From Ginglymostoma cirratum (lineage: Eukaryota): 64,000 nt of DNA. A program made the translations under genes and the position numbers. Shown here piece after piece: positions 1-13,888 of this stretch. The DNA is taken from assembly GCA_024137785.1 (NCBI GenBank), contig JAHRHZ010000043.1, positions 32,968,334-33,032,333 on the forward strand. Direction: 5' to 3'. Positions within the stretch are counted from its first letter, which is position 1; each line of letters opens with the position of its first letter. The notes below the pieces were generated by a model. The model did not search any database. It had not been told where the DNA came from and worked only from the letters and a program-made list of their open reading frames with translations.

Positions 1-1743
1 AGTAAGCCATGTACCATTGGTATTCATTGCACAGGTAGGAGTGACTTGTGTTCCAGTTGCTTTCACCCAGTTGCTGGCTCCTTTACCAGCTTGTATCTCT
101 TAGTCTCTTTTGACAGCCTGCTTGGCTGTGATCCTCCTGCTTCCTGGAAAAGAAACCCACTTAACTAGGGACTATGCTGGCACACTTCAAACAAATGAAA
201 GGGATCTGTGAAACTAATTTAGTTTCAGCAGAACTACTGTTGGATCCTCCTTCCCCATCTGTTTACTTTTGTTACAAAACTCTATACATTTAATTTGTTT
301 TAAGTATCTTACAGAACATTTCCACTTGAAAATTGCAGAAAACATAATAAAATTCAACTTGTCTGCGCAAAGCATGTTCCACGCAGGTGCTTCAATACAG
401 TCGGAATACTCTTAATATATACAAAATCAGGCAAAAACTAAATATTTCAAACGGAAAAATATCAGAAGTGTGGAAATTAACATTTCTCCATACATCATTT
501 TCCACTCTGAGATGCCTTTAATGCACTCTAAACTATTAATTGCTCAATTTCCCCCCAGTAACTGAACTCTAATGGCCACAGGACAAAGGTTTGGCAAGTG
601 GCAACAGCTTCAAACCATTGCATGAGAGATATGAGTCCTTTTTTGCAACAGTAGACAGATGTTAGAGTTGGGCACAAACTTGTATCTGTACACCTGCACT
701 GGATGGTTTAAATGGAACAAGTGTGAATTGGATGGATTGAAGTACATGCTCATTAAGAAAAAACCCACTCACTTTTCCATTATAAACAAGCTCCTTATGT
801 AGAGTTTGCCCATGCTGAACTAATCTTCCACTACTCACTGAAGTCAAACTAACAAAAACATCTGGATGTAGACCAAGGGAAGTCACCCCTGTTGGATCCT
901 CCAGTGTCGATATTGCCTGCACAGTGTTCAAATAGTAATCTCTCTGTGTTTGCCAAAAAGGAGCAAACCCTCTGTCACCTCTGAAAGTAAAACAATTGTT
1001 TATCAGCCATGCAGGACGAGATGTCAATCAATAGTCATATTTTCCGTGCCTTCAACAAATTAACACGGCAATTCAATGATTCAGAAATAAAAAATAACTG
1101 CACTCCAGTACCACAGATCAACAGTTCACTTCCAAGCTGCCTGTCAATCCAATCTGCAAGCCTTCACCACCCCCACCAATAGTTCTCATCTGTATTACAG
1201 TTAGGAGCAACTTGCAGAAGTGTTTCAGTGGCTGGAAGAAGCGAAGAGGGGGAAATAAAACAGATTAATTGTTTCTGTTAGCAAAAGATGAAATGAAATG
1301 GTTAGTCAGCAGAGAGGCCAAAGTCCAGACTGTCTTGCTGTCCTGGTAAGTGAGGTTGTGGGGAAGTGACGAGCAATTTGTGATCGGGGGAAGTATTTAA
1401 ATTATCGTTAACCTTTGTTCAAAAAAAACCAGAATCTGAAATCATTCCAGTAGCACTCCAATCTCAACTTCTTACCCAAATAAAATTGTTTAATGTTTGC
1501 TTTGATCATTCTAAAGACTTGAATCCTTCTTAAGCCAGAATTGCATCTGTTTAAGCATCATACCAGGTTTTTTTTTAAAATTCCTTTAGAGTCTTCTGTT
1601 GTTTTCCTTTTCTGTTTCATCTCAGTTTTTTGGGGACCTTTTCCTTTCGTTTTTATCATTTTTCTTTTTGTATTATTGTATTTTACCCTCTTCCCTCCCA
1701 TTGTTTTTTAACTCCTTCCTCTACCATACCCTCCCTGCAATAG

Positions 1744-2049
1744 AACCATCATCCCCTCCTCAAAACGTAAAGTGCACCAGCCCCAGTTCCACCAGCATTC
1801 TGGTAAGTTGGTGGCCACCGCCGCCAGAGAGTCAGAATGGCGACCTGGCAAAGTACAGTATCAGGTACCAAATGGTGCAGGGAGAGGACAAGCAGCCCCA
1901 CGAGGTGAACGACATTCCACCGACGACCACGCAGATGCGACTGGAAAGCTTGGCGAAATGGACGGAGTACCGAGTGACAGTGGTCGCACACACGATGGTT
2001 GGACCAGGCCCAGAGAGCGCACCCATATTCATTCGCACAGATGAAGATG
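1744..2049 (+). CDS. ptprs: PTPRS exon, FN3 repeat (~FN4), 306 nt, phase 1-1
   Basis: tag|AACCATCA...GATG|gtaagt. Encodes [22 protein letters not shown]...[16 protein letters not shown], close to human PTPRS KPSAPPQDVKC...IPPTTTQ...RTDED as recalled. Confidence 0.95.
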
Positions 2050-5000
2050 GTAAGTCCCAGCAACTGATCTATCAATCTTTTAAATGCTTGTTATCACGAT
2101 CATCCTAGAGGTCTTCCTCATGGATGTAACTTGCGTGGAACTGCTACACCAATCCAGCAAGGTGCCTGTAATTTCAATCGAAGTGACAACATTTGCACTT
2201 TTAAAAGGCACATTTCCACTTGGGGTCACACATTCAAGGAAATCAGTCTTGTTGCTCATTTATCTTTTTGTTTTGTTGCAGTGAATTATTCCCAGTAATG
2301 CCTTGGCTCTCTCATTAAAGGACAGTCTGTCTGTCTAGTTATCCTAGGTCAGCCAGGGACCTGTTCCAAAGTTTCTGTCCCATTTTTCTCATAGAACTAT
2401 TTTCAGTGCATTTTCTGGGGTAGTTTCATGGTGCATATTCCACATATGGCCTTTTATATATATACATTCCTCATCATTTATAGCAAGAGAAAAATGGCCG
2501 AAATAGGATGAGCATTTGGGCCCATCTGCCCAAAAGAGTAGTATGACTCGGGGCAAGTGTTTACACCTGAGAACTGCCTTTTAGACAACCTTTTTGACCA
2601 ATATTTTTGTTGTCTGTCTCTGGCTTAGTGGCAAATTTTATGAAATTTCTTGATCTTTTATGATGTTAACAGCTCTGTATTACACAAACCCTTGTTGTAA
2701 CTAAAGGAATCACATTACAATGCTTCAAATACCTTCTTTGCCCGCATCACATTAGAGACTTGTGGCATTGCCCCTCTGATGAGTTCTGCTTGTCGAATAG
2801 TTTTCCTGGCTGGCAAGGAGAATTAACATACATTGAAGCCAAGGATTAGTGTAGGGCAGCGTAGAAAAATCATGCATGGACTTACTAAGAAAGTGAGACA
2901 ATAAGTTGGGGAAAATTTCTTTATGCAGAAAGTCTTGTTACAGTTGAGGGTGTCATTAAGTGAAAGAGTAGGGTAAGCCTTTGAATTGGCGATTGCGGGG
3001 CTATGTGAGAAGCGTGAGGCAGTGAAATTAGTTTCGGATTGCTCTATCAGACAGCTGGCGCAGACAAGGTCAGTCAAATTGCCTCCTTCTGAATGTAATT
3101 GTTGTAGTTTTGATGGAGTACTTTGATGGCCATTTCTTCCTCTGGACTTTGTGACCTTAGAGAATAGGAGCGAAAGTAAGGAAAATTGAAATAGCTTAGT
3201 TATTGCTAAACCATGTATTTGCAGCAACAAAATAAATTGGAAATGAACCACTGTACAACTTTCAATGCTATGTTTAATGAGACAAAAGTGAAGCTGTTGT
3301 TCAGCCCAACAGGTAGCGGGAACTTAACAAAAGCCATTTTGGGATAATGCCAGCTCAATTATCACAGTATATAATTACAAAGAGAGAATAATCAGAGAAC
3401 AGATTGAAATAAAAACTTGAGGGGGAAATTATAAAGCAGAGTAATAGCAAGAGAGTCATTGACATTTAGAACACTGTTATTGAATGATTATGTTCCATTT
3501 AAACAAACACAAACCTCAGATTGTTTCTCTATCTGATAAATGCCATCCACCAGTTCAAATTGCTGCATGAGGAATTTCCACTTAAAAAAGATGAAGAAGA
3601 AACAAGGCAATTTTACATCATCTTGCAGTAACTGTGGAAACTTTTCCTTTTTGCTGGAACTGGCTTCTTTTCAAATCAAAAACCCTCTTGACTTGGCTGA
3701 TCCATTGCCGTACTTTATAAGACCATTTTTAAAGCATGCTCCTGATGATGACATCACTAAAACTGGCATTACTCAGTTCCTTGTGACCAGGATAGTATTG
3801 ACAAAGATCCCATTATATATGATGGATGGATTGCTAATGGGATATATTTGAAGGTCACATTCAAATAAGTCTTGTCCCAAAGTACCATTGGCAAAAGAAG
3901 TTCTGCTTTGAAGGCGTTCATCTGAAATATTCACTCCGCAGTTATTGAGATCGACTGATTTTCCAGGGATTGCTCAAGGTTACATCCCATTAAGGTTCGA
4001 TCACAACTACAAAGAATTTCACAACTGGAGGGGTTTTGGCGTGCATTATTATTCATATGCATCAAAGCATGTCTGGAAGAAATGAATTGCTCCTCCAGTG
4101 GCCTAGAATTCTCATTTTGTTTTATTCGCTGTACCTCACTTCCATAACTTCCTCCAGGAGGGAAGTGCTACATGGCTATCAGTTTTCTGGTGATCTGTTT
4201 TTGCTGCTTAATGTTCACATGACCACATGTAGTCCTCAGTAATAGAGAGAATCTGAGATCCAAGAATAGAACTAGTCCATAGAACTGAGACTAGTACAGT
4301 CCTAGTTTTGATCTCTGTCTGAACTCAGTTGACATTAGCTTGGCAAGGTGCAAAGATCAGTAAATGGTCATTGTCTGAGTTGCCTGGATGTGTCAGCTTT
4401 GGCCTTGATATTGCTTGAGCATCCAGTTAGCCTGCCATTGCTTATGCAACTGAACAAGGTGGCAGTGAGCAGATGATGACTTGACACCTAATCCCAGTCA
4501 CGATTGGAAAACTTAACAATAAAAAGTCGAATAAGAATAATAGCAGTTAAACAAATGATGATGCCCAATCATTAAACAGGCTCTGATACCCGTTTCCACA
4601 CTGTTAAAGCTGTTTATTAAAAAGTAATCTGACCATCTCCAACTAATTCCACATTTTTATTTACTTAATACGGATCTAGACCATGTGGAGAGACACAATG
4701 TATGACTAGTATTTGAGAGAAAGTTGGCACCTTTATTCCAACTGCTTCCATTTCTTGCTGCTCCTGGCTTTCTCATGCCCGGTTGGCAGAATCTGCAAGT
4801 TGAGCCTGGCCCTGCCCTATTTGCAGAACAGTTGTAAAGATCTATCTGTGCAGGTTCAATCCTCCACACTCCAGCATAGCGGCCCACCACTGAAAGCCCG
4901 ATTATAGTTCTGTTCCATTACACAGTTTAGTTCTGCTGATCCTGCCCTGATACTTCTCCCCTATAAGTCAGGTGCTCAATTGGGAACTGGTACTGTTGTG

Positions 5001-5194
5001 CACGGAGTAAGGGATAAATTCGTAAGGGTCTTCCTCAGGAGTAGTCCACTATTCCTGATTCATTTTGGAGTCTGAAAGGCTTTTTGACCTGTTGACAAGA
5101 AAGGCAGCTGTCTCCAAAATTCTCTACAGTCACCTTATTCAAACAGAGTCAGCATTTATTTGCCTTCCTGATGCCCTAATCGTTATTCTTGCAG

Positions 5195-5388
5195 TGCCCA
5201 GTGCTCCGCCTCGCAAAGTGGAGGTTGCAGCATTAAACTCCACTGCTTTGAAGGTAATGTGGCGCTCTCCTGTCCCAAACAAACAGCACGGCCAGATTCG
5301 AGGCTATCAGGTGCACTACGTGGAAGTGGTGGATGGAGAGGCCAGGGGACAGCCGCTGATAAAGGACGTCATGCTTGCCGACGCACAG
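5195..5388 (+). CDS. ptprs: PTPRS exon, first half of FN5, 194 nt
   Basis: gcag|TGCCC...GCACAG|gttagg. Encodes [43 protein letters not shown]...[10 protein letters not shown]. Confidence 0.95.
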
Positions 5389-5969
5389 GTTAGGAAACAA
5401 GATGAGAACGCGACGGTTGTCGGTACTCCCAGTAACATTTGTGGGTTGGTGGCAGCAGTTGCTAATAACAGTCATAACTGACTGAAACATTGGCCATGTA
5501 TGTAATACAGGAAAGAAAATACACCACAGTGTGTGTGGAAGCCTTATTGTGACATCGCCTGATGTGCTACCTAAAAATAAATGGCAAAACAAGGCAGAGG
5601 AGACATTTGGTTAGTGAGCCAATTGTTATGTTTGGGAATGCACTGCCTGGAATTTGATGGAAGCAGATTCAATAACTTTGAAAAAGGAATTTACTAAATA
5701 CTAAAATAAATGAAAAAAAATGTAAGGCTCTGGAGAAAGAGTTTGGGACTAACGGGGTTAGTTCTTGCAGAAGATGTGGTGTCATAACTGGGTGCCTCCA
5801 GTGCTGTGTATTTATTGTGTTTGTGCTTCTAGCGGTGAGGGATGCCTATACTAGTCATTGGTGGAATCAAGCAAAACGGAGTGCCACCTACAAGCATCTG
5901 CAGGACAGAACGCACCATTAACTAGAATGGCTGGCCTGCGCTAATCTTAAAACAAAGGGTCTATTTTCA

Positions 5970-6096
5970 GAGATAGTAGGAACTGCAGATGCTGGAGAAT
6001 CTGAGATAACAAGGGTCCTTCAGAAAGGGTCTAGGCCCGAAACGTCAGCTTTCCTGCTCCTCTGGTGCTGCTTGGTCCATTTACACTTCAGTTATC
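5970..6096 (+). mobile_element. Penelope-derived short element, internally deleted
   Basis: Shares AGATAGTAGGAACTGCAGATGCTGGAGAATCTGAGATAACAAGG and GGGTCTAGGCCCGAAACGTCAG with the copies at 41109 and 59791. Confidence 0.75.
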
Positions 6097-6339
6097 AAAT
6101 TAAAAGCAGGATATGATTGATCTCAGTGAGTCCATAGCTACTGAAGAACACTTGTAGTGAGCTCCTGGATGTCACCTGCCTTTACTCAAGTATCACTTAG
6201 ACATGACACAAACCTCCAATTGTGATAAACAGAGAGACCACCTTTCCCACCACTGACCACCCAATCCAGAGGCAGTTATCCGTCGCATTGAGAAGGTAAG
6301 GGTCAGCCCATTTTCTTTCGTGGTGTTTATGCAGATATC

Positions 6340-6750
6340 AGTGATCGTCATCTCAGTGGTCTCAGAATTACAGGAGTTACACAGTTAGGACCCATTCTTG
6401 AGCTCAAGTCTGTAATCCATGACTGCATTGTCAGGGATTCGGTCATTTAAATGAAGCGTTCAAGCCAGACCCTCAATATCTGTTTTGGTGGATTAAATGA
6501 TCCTGTGGCATAATTTAAAGAACATTGAGTTTTTACAGTGCCCTATTCAACCCTTCCCTCAACCAACATCAGTAAACTAGAGTAATCGCTCATTTGTTTT
6601 ATTGTCTTTTGAGGGATCATTCTTTCTATAAAATGGCTGGTGTGTTGTGCTACAAAGCTGCATGAACAAAGTAATTGATTGTATGTGAAATCCTTTGAGA
6701 TGTTTCTGAGAGACATGATTAGATGCATAATAAATCGAAGTCTGTCTTTC
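6340..6750 (+). mobile_element. Deu-domain SINE (SacSINE1/AmnSINE-like), old
   Basis: Decayed Deu core ggtggattaaatgatcctgtggcataatttaaagaa...ccctcaaccaacatc, with an L2-like tail. Confidence 0.55.
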
Positions 6751-6949
6751 GTCAATCTAAGTAACGCTGACCTCTATGACAGGACATTGCCTTGAGCCCA
6801 GAAGGTGGTGTTGCGTGACACACAGGCTCACACAGTCTTTTCAATACTAAGCCTGTAAAAATGTGCAAACTGTAGTAAAGTTATTTGTTTGCATTGTCTA
6901 TCCTGATATCGATGGACGCAAACCAGAAGATTCCCTCTGTCAGAAGATG

Positions 6950-8232
6950 CAGGCAGATAGTGGGGTATATCAATACAAAACACTGAAGGTAGCAGGACAG
7001 GTCAAGAAATTGATGAAAAAGGCATGTGTGGTCCTGGGCTTTATAAATACATTTATAAATGTGTAGACGTTATGGTGAACTATTACGAAACCTGGTTCGG
7101 CCTCAAATGAAGTATTATGTCCAGACCTGCTCTCTGCACTTTGAGAAGGATGTGACAGCATTACAGAGGGTGCAGAAAAGATTTATAGGCACACATCAAG
7201 GGACGAGAAACTTAAGTTCTATGGAAAGATTAGGGAAGCTTACATTCTTATCCTTTTAGAGCAGATACGATTGAGAGAAGATTGATGTGTTTGAAATCAT
7301 GAGAAGTCTGGTCAGAATAAATGGGGAGAAACTGTTTCCATTGATGGAAATGTCAGGAGTCAGATTTAAGGACTAGTGAAAGAATCAATGGGGAAATGAA
7401 GGGAGAGCTTTTATGGAGTGAGTGGTTAGGACGTGGAATCTGCTGCCAGAGTACATGGTGTGGCAGATGTTATGGACCAGACCAGACCCTCTCAAGTATA
7501 TTGTATAGATATCCTAGACCCTAACTTTTATATTTTTTAAAAATGTAAGTGTTATGTACTGCATTCCAGATATGATTCGACTAGTTCGTCAATAAGCTTT
7601 AATTGAAACATGCTTTATTCTTACAGCACGTTAAAGTATAAAGAAGAATTAGCATCTTTACTCTGTTGAAATACTTAACAAGATAATGTATTATTTAACT
7701 ACTAATCATCAACTGTTCCAATGTGGGCAGCATCCCATTAACATACACTTGGCAAAGGCAATTCAGCAACACGGTTATGATTCTCCCATGCTGTCTCTCT
7801 CCAGTTCAGTCGAAAGAAAACTAGAAGAAACAATCTGCCCTTCTGATTTATTAAGAGGAAGCCTTGCTGTCTAAGACTTCACTCTCGTAGCAGACAACTC
7901 AAGCTTTTATCTCCAGCAGCCAGCAAAACCCACCAACTGACTGAAAGCAAAACCAAAATCCTTTTTGGGTCTGTGTGAGCCTGACGTCACCCACATGTGA
8001 TTCTTTTGTCTTATTTAAGAACAGAAACAGCCAGGAAGAACTCAAAGCTGCTTATGAACTACCTGTCTGAAGGGGCCATTTCAACACCATTGTGACAAAA
8101 CAAAGCAAGACAATCAGGACAGAACACATCTATTAAAGGCACAGTATTGTCACACCGATTCACTCAAAGCTTTCAAGGAGAATAAGATAAACACCTAAGA
8201 GACAATATTTGCAGGGCTATGGGGAAAGGTTG
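6950..8232 (+). mobile_element. CR1/HER1-type LINE 3' fragment, split by the solo LTR
   Basis: Decayed RT C-terminus: LVRPQMKYYVQ...KDVTALQRVQKRF...ERLGKL. Boundaries approximate. Confidence 0.75.
7468..8154 (-). mobile_element. Probable solo LTR (687 bp) inserted in a CR1 fragment
   Basis: TGT...ACA termini. Flanks caga/ccga form a 4-bp TSD with one mismatch. The CR1 sequence resumes after it. AATAAA on the minus strand at 7614-7619. Confidence 0.65.
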
Positions 8233-8247
8233 TGGGAGGGGGACTTC

Positions 8248-8920
8248 TTTTTTTTAAAATTCACTCATGTGATGTGGGTGTTGCTGGCTGGGCCAGCATT
8301 TATTGCCTGTCCCTAGTTGACCTTGAGAAGGCGGTGGTGAGCTGCACTCTTGAACCATTGCAGTCCATGTCCTGTAGGTTGATCCACAATGCCATTAGGG
8401 AAGGAATTCAGCAAAACTGAAGGAACAACGACATGTTTCCAAGTCAGTACGATGAGTGGCTGGGAGGGGAACTTGCAGGTGACAGTATTCCCATGTATCT
8501 GCTGCCCTTGTCCTTCAGCGGTTGTTGATATGGAAGGTGTTACCTGAGGATCTTTGATGAATTTCTGCAGTGCACGTTGTAGATGGCATACGCTGCTGCT
8601 GCTACTGTGTTTTGGTGGTGGAAGGAGTAAATGTTTCTGGATGTGGTGCCAATCAAGGGGTTGCTTTGTCCTGGATGGTGTCAAGCTTCTTAAGTGTTGT
8701 TGGAGCTGCACCCATCCAGGCAAGTGAGGAGTATTCCATCACACTTCTGACTTGTGGCTTGTAAATGGTGGACAGGCTTTGGGAAGCCAGGAGATAAGTT
8801 ACTCACTGCAAAATTCCTAGCCTCTGAAATGCTATTCTAGCCACTGTGTTCATGTGGTGAGTCCAGTTGAGTTTCTGGTCAATGGTAACCTGCCCTCCCC
8901 AGAATGTTGATAGTGGGCTG
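8248..8920 (-). mobile_element. LINE 3' fragment of a second family (CR1/L2 group, subfamily uncertain)
   Basis: Minus strand encodes a ...IYKPQVRSVMEY...AAPTTLKKLDTIQDKA-like RT tail. Its 3' UTR (cttctcaagg...agggacaggcaataaatgctggcc) recurs at ~26500-26650, 28680-29210, 37520-37975 and 58915-59040. Confidence 0.7.
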
Positions 8921-10627
8921 TGGTTAGATTGTGTCTAAGAGAGACCATGATGGACTGAATGGGTTCCATCGTGTTGTGACTATTCTCTGATTGTATGAAA
9001 TTGGAGTTCGCTTTCTGTATTGATGGAACGATGTGACTTTTAAATTTTTTGCTGTTTTACTGATTTTCTTTAAACACCATGCATAGCATAGCAGTATAGT
9101 CAATTCCTGATAAACAACTATTTGATTTAACTTAAAACTCAAATGGGCCCAAATCCTTCCAAGTCACTCTTAGCATAAAGAAACCCAGTGGACCAAATGC
9201 CTTCCTATGCACTTCCATTCTGTGGAGCATCAATGAACTAATCTGCTTCCCATGCATTCCAATCATGTAGAACAAAGTGGACCAAACCTTTCTCCCTTTG
9301 TCCCCATCGTATGGCATTCGAATAGACTGAACTCTCCTTGTTCCATTTGTACAGAATTAATCTCACCGTTCTGTAAAGTTCTTGCAGTGTTTTATTTCAA
9401 ATTCTTTCTCCATGCATACAGTTAAATGGTCAGCATGCTAACCTCTAATCAATCGATTGAAACTCCAACTACGAGACACAATCTAATCACTTGTGTGTAA
9501 TGCTGTTAGTGTACATTGTCTTCTCTTGTTTGGGTTAGATTTAATCACTAAATGAATGATTAAATGGTCTGCTCTGTAGCATTTGCAAATTGTTTATTTC
9601 AAGCTCTGGCCTTTCAAAGATCTGATGCGTGGGATAAGGCCTTTTAGCAAAGTAAATCTGTATTTGCCAGATATGCAACTTCCATCAAATACAGTTATTT
9701 GTTTTGGTTAAACCTGAATGACATTCTCTGCAACAGGGTAAAAGATCATTGGTCTTGACTGGTCTATTCTGGTATTTACATCCTCCCAGAGCTTCCTCCC
9801 ATGTTAATGACCTCGTTATCATCCTCACTACTTCAACCCACCCAACCCCCGCCATCTCCCATCTCCTGCTCCACTCCCATCCCTTCCCCCCTCCACTTTC
9901 TCACCCCACCCACACCTTGCTCCTCCCTACAACCTGGACGCCCTCTGTTACAATCTCCTTCACATTTATGCGTCAAGTCTCCCATTAAAATATGTCAATA
10001 TACCTATCCACTTCAACCACTCCATGGAGCAGCATTGAAAGACTTCCATTCTTATCCTTCTGTGTCTAAGCAAGTTGCTCCCAGACCCTACGAATGATCT
10101 GTTATTGTCTATTTACTCTTCTATTCCTTCAAACCCCTTCATGTTCTTAAAGATCACTGTCAGGTGTATATTTCATCTCTTGATTTCTGGAGATATTAAT
10201 TCTAAATTAATTCCTGTCAACTATTTGCATTCTCTAATTTCAAGGTAACGTCCTTGTAAACACAGTTTACTACAGTGCCAATATGTCATTTTTAAGAATT
10301 CACATTTCTGGCCTAGTGAGAAGGAGAGAAAGACCAACTCATCTGATTAGTGAGGGCAGCAGTTTCTGCGTGATGTTCTAGCCATTGAAAATCAGAAGTC
10401 TATATAGTCTGGAGATAGACATGCCTCAAAAATTCCATGTTGGGCAGACAAGTTAACAATCTAGAACAATCCATAGAACTTTAGATGTCATGATGAGACG
10501 TCAAACTCATTGCTTTGTTCATGTTATCTCATGAGTTGCTGAATGAAAGTGTGTGTATGTGCATCAACGTGCCAGAGTGTTTTCTGTGGATTCAAGTGGG
10601 GCATTCCAGACAATGCATTTATCTCTG

Positions 10628-10905
10628 TCTATATGTATCTGAATGTGTGTATTTGCATATGTGTATATCTAAGTGTGTATGAGTGCGTGCGCATCTGAGT
10701 GTATGCGTGCGCAACTATCTGAGTGTATGTGCATGTATCAGAGTGTGTGTGCATGCAAGTATATCTGAATGTATGTATGTGTGTATATCCTGTAAATGTG
10801 TATATGTGTGTGTGTGTCTGTACATACTTATCTGAATGTATCTCTGAATGTGTGTGTGTTGTACATGTGTATCTTGACAATCTATGCGTGTGTGCATGTG
10901 TCTAT
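10628..10905. repeat. Degenerate TG/TA compound microsatellite
   Basis: Recurring gtgtgtatgt / atctgaatgt units. Confidence 0.85.
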
Positions 10906-12700
10906 GTAATAAAGAGAGAGAAAACAAATTGTGAGGGTAAATTTGCAAGTAACATCAAAACAGACAGCAAGCATTTGTTGAAATACACAAATAGGAAGAC
11001 AGAGGTGAACTTAGAGACTGAAACTGGGAAACTAACAACAGCGCACTCGGAAATGGCAAGGGGATTGAATAAATACTTTGCATCAGTCTTCACGAAGATG
11101 CTAATAGTATTCTTAAAATAGTAAAGAATCAAGGGGGGAAAAGGGGAGAGAAAATAAATACAACAACAATCACTAGAGGAAAAAGTGCTAGAGAAACTAA
11201 TGGACCTGATTGGATGCATCCTCGGATATTAAAAGAAGTAGCTGCAATGATAACACTGTTGATAACCTCGCAAGAACCCTTATATTCTGGAAAAGCCCCA
11301 GAAGTTTGGGAAGCTGCCGATCTAATGCTGTTATTTAAAAAGGAGAGGAAAAATGATAATTATAGGCCAGTCAGCTATTGGGAAGGTGTTAGAGTCTGTA
11401 ATAAAGGATATAATAGCAGAGCATGTAGAATTACATAATATGATCAAAATATAATCAAACAGAGCCAGCCTGCCTTCATAAAGAGGAATTCTATGTCTGA
11501 CAAATGTATTAGAACTTTTACAGGAGGAGTTAATCAGGATAGATAAAGGAAAATTAGTGGATTTAATAAACCTGGATTTCCAGATTTTGTTGCCTTGATA
11601 AGGTACCACACATTAGGCTACTTAATAAGATAAGAGCCCATAGTGTTGGAGGTTGGGTATTAGCATGGGTAGAGGATTGGCTAACTAACAGAAAATAGAG
11701 AGTTGGGTGAAGAGGGGGCATGGCATTCCTGTACTCGGTAGTGTGCCACTGTATATTAAGGACTTGGATGAGTGAAGTGAATGCTGACGCTAACTTTGTG
11801 GATGACCTAAAATAGATGGGAACATCAATGTTGAGGACAACGCAAGGAGTCTGCAGGTGGATACAGACAGATTAAGCCTATCGGCAAAAATGTACAAATG
11901 GAATATAAAGTTGGAAAATGAGAGGTTATGTACTTTAGCAGAAAGGATAGAAGAGCTACATATTATTTGAATAGAGAAAGACTGCAGAAATCTACAACAC
12001 ACTAGGATTTGGGAGTCCTTGTACATAAATCATAAAAAGCTAGCATAAAAGTTCAGCAGGTAATTGGAGAAGGCAAATGGAATATTGCCTTTATTTTAGT
12101 GGATGTGGATTATAAACGTAGGGAAGTCTGGCTAAAACCGTATAAGACACCAGTTGCACCATGTCTGGAATCCTGTGGACAGTTTGGTCCCCCTATCTCA
12201 GGGAAGATATGCTGGCATTGATGGCAGTACAGAGAAGGTTCATTAGGTTGATTCTATGTGTGGAGGGGTTTTCACCTGAAGAGAGGTTGAGTAGGTTGAG
12301 CCTGTATCCATTGGAGTTTTGAAGAATGGGTGGTGATCTTACTGAAACACATTAAATTCTTAGGGGACTTGATGAGTTAGAAGAAGAAACATTGTTACCC
12401 ATTTTGAAAGAGTCTAGGTCCAGAGTGCAACTAGAATAAGGAGTCACTCAATTAGAACGAATTTGAGGAAGAATGTCTTTTCTGAGAGGAGTGAATCCGT
12501 GCAATCCTTTACTGTCGAGGGCTGGTTGTTAAGTATTTCAAGGCTGACAGAGACAGATTTTTGACCAGTAAAAGTATCTAGAGTTATGGGGAAAAGACTG
12601 CAAAGTTGAGTTGAGGATTATAGATCAGCTATAATTTCATTAAATTGGCAGAATAGACTGGATAAGGTAAACGGCCTACCTCCGCTTCTACATTTAATGG
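10903..12700 (+). mobile_element. CR1/HER1 LINE, decayed ORF2 fragment with 3' end
   Basis: Motifs LNKYFASVFT, MHPRILKEVA, LFKK...NYRPVS and the FVDD remnant of FADD, with many stops and indels. Boundaries approximate. Confidence 0.85.
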
Positions 12701-13861
12701 TCTTGTTTATATCTTGAGAGAGTGTGCACATTTCAGTGTGTGTGTAATGTGTGTGTCTAAGTGTGTGAGTATGTGTATGTACACGTTCAAAGATGTGAGA
12801 TAAGGACAAGAGTCGTTCTGAATTTTGTCTCCTTGCCCAACATTCCCTCACCCTACCGACATCCCCCCCCATCTCCCCCCGCCCCCCAACAAAACAGACA
12901 TGCGTGCGCAGACTCGCGCACACACATATTGTCACCCCAACATGCTGACCTGAAATAAAAACTGTCACTACTGGGCTGTGAACTGAAAGCCCGTTATTAG
13001 AGCCCAGCTAGAAGCCATTAACTCACTAGTCCGTAGTTTTTGAAGATTAGGGGAGAAAAGGCAGAGAACCTAAAAAAAATTGGTACATTTTTACACAGTG
13101 GGAGGACACAATTAGCGCTGAAGGTAAATTTGGTCTTGACCATAGAACAAAATGTGGAAGAGCAGATTGGCTGCCTGCTTTACCCACCTCCCAATATTCT
13201 CTTGAAAGGCATTAGACAGGTTGGAAAACAAGCAGATGATTTTCTTTTACTCATTTTGCACTAATGCTGAAAACTGATTTCACCACTAAGTCCTTGAATA
13301 AATGGTGAATCTGGCCTATCTCTGCCAGATGCCACATACTGACCCAACATGGCTGTGACACACCAGGCTGGTAATGGCAAGTGGGTTTGGAACAGGTCAA
13401 CTCTGAGCGACTTGGCTCCCAACCCAAACCTGACTCCAAGCAGCCCACCCCTGGCTCTAATTGATGCCACCCTCCACCAAAGAACCACTTTAAACATGAC
13501 CTCCAATCCTGGCATGTGGCTTCGTTCAATTCTCCACTACTGCCAGATCCTCTAGTATGTGATGTCTGCTGCCTCATCCTGATCCAGCCCCCACCAATTC
13601 ACCTAAGGCATCTCAACCATTCCCAACTCCTAGCTCACTTCAGGGGAGAGAGAACTAAATGTTCTCCCACTGTTACATTGGTCCATCTTTTGATTGAGAA
13701 TATTGGGATTTGACTTCTTTTCATGATCTCTGTTTTGTCGTGTGGATCTTGCGAGGCTGTGTTCTCTGAACGTGTTCCAAGCAGAACTACCTCAAAACTC
13801 TTCCCTCATCTTCAATTTTTTTTTTGTCTCTCTTTTTTCTTGCCTTCCTCCTGTTACTCAG

Positions 13862-13888
13862 TGGGAGACTGACGACACTGCAGAATAT
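13862..13888 (+). CDS. ptprs: PTPRS mini-exon meC (27 nt), WETDDTAEY
   Basis: Long polypyrimidine tract, then cag|TGG...TAT|gtgagt, phase 0-0. Peptide matches the PTPRS meC insert as recalled. Confidence 0.93.
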
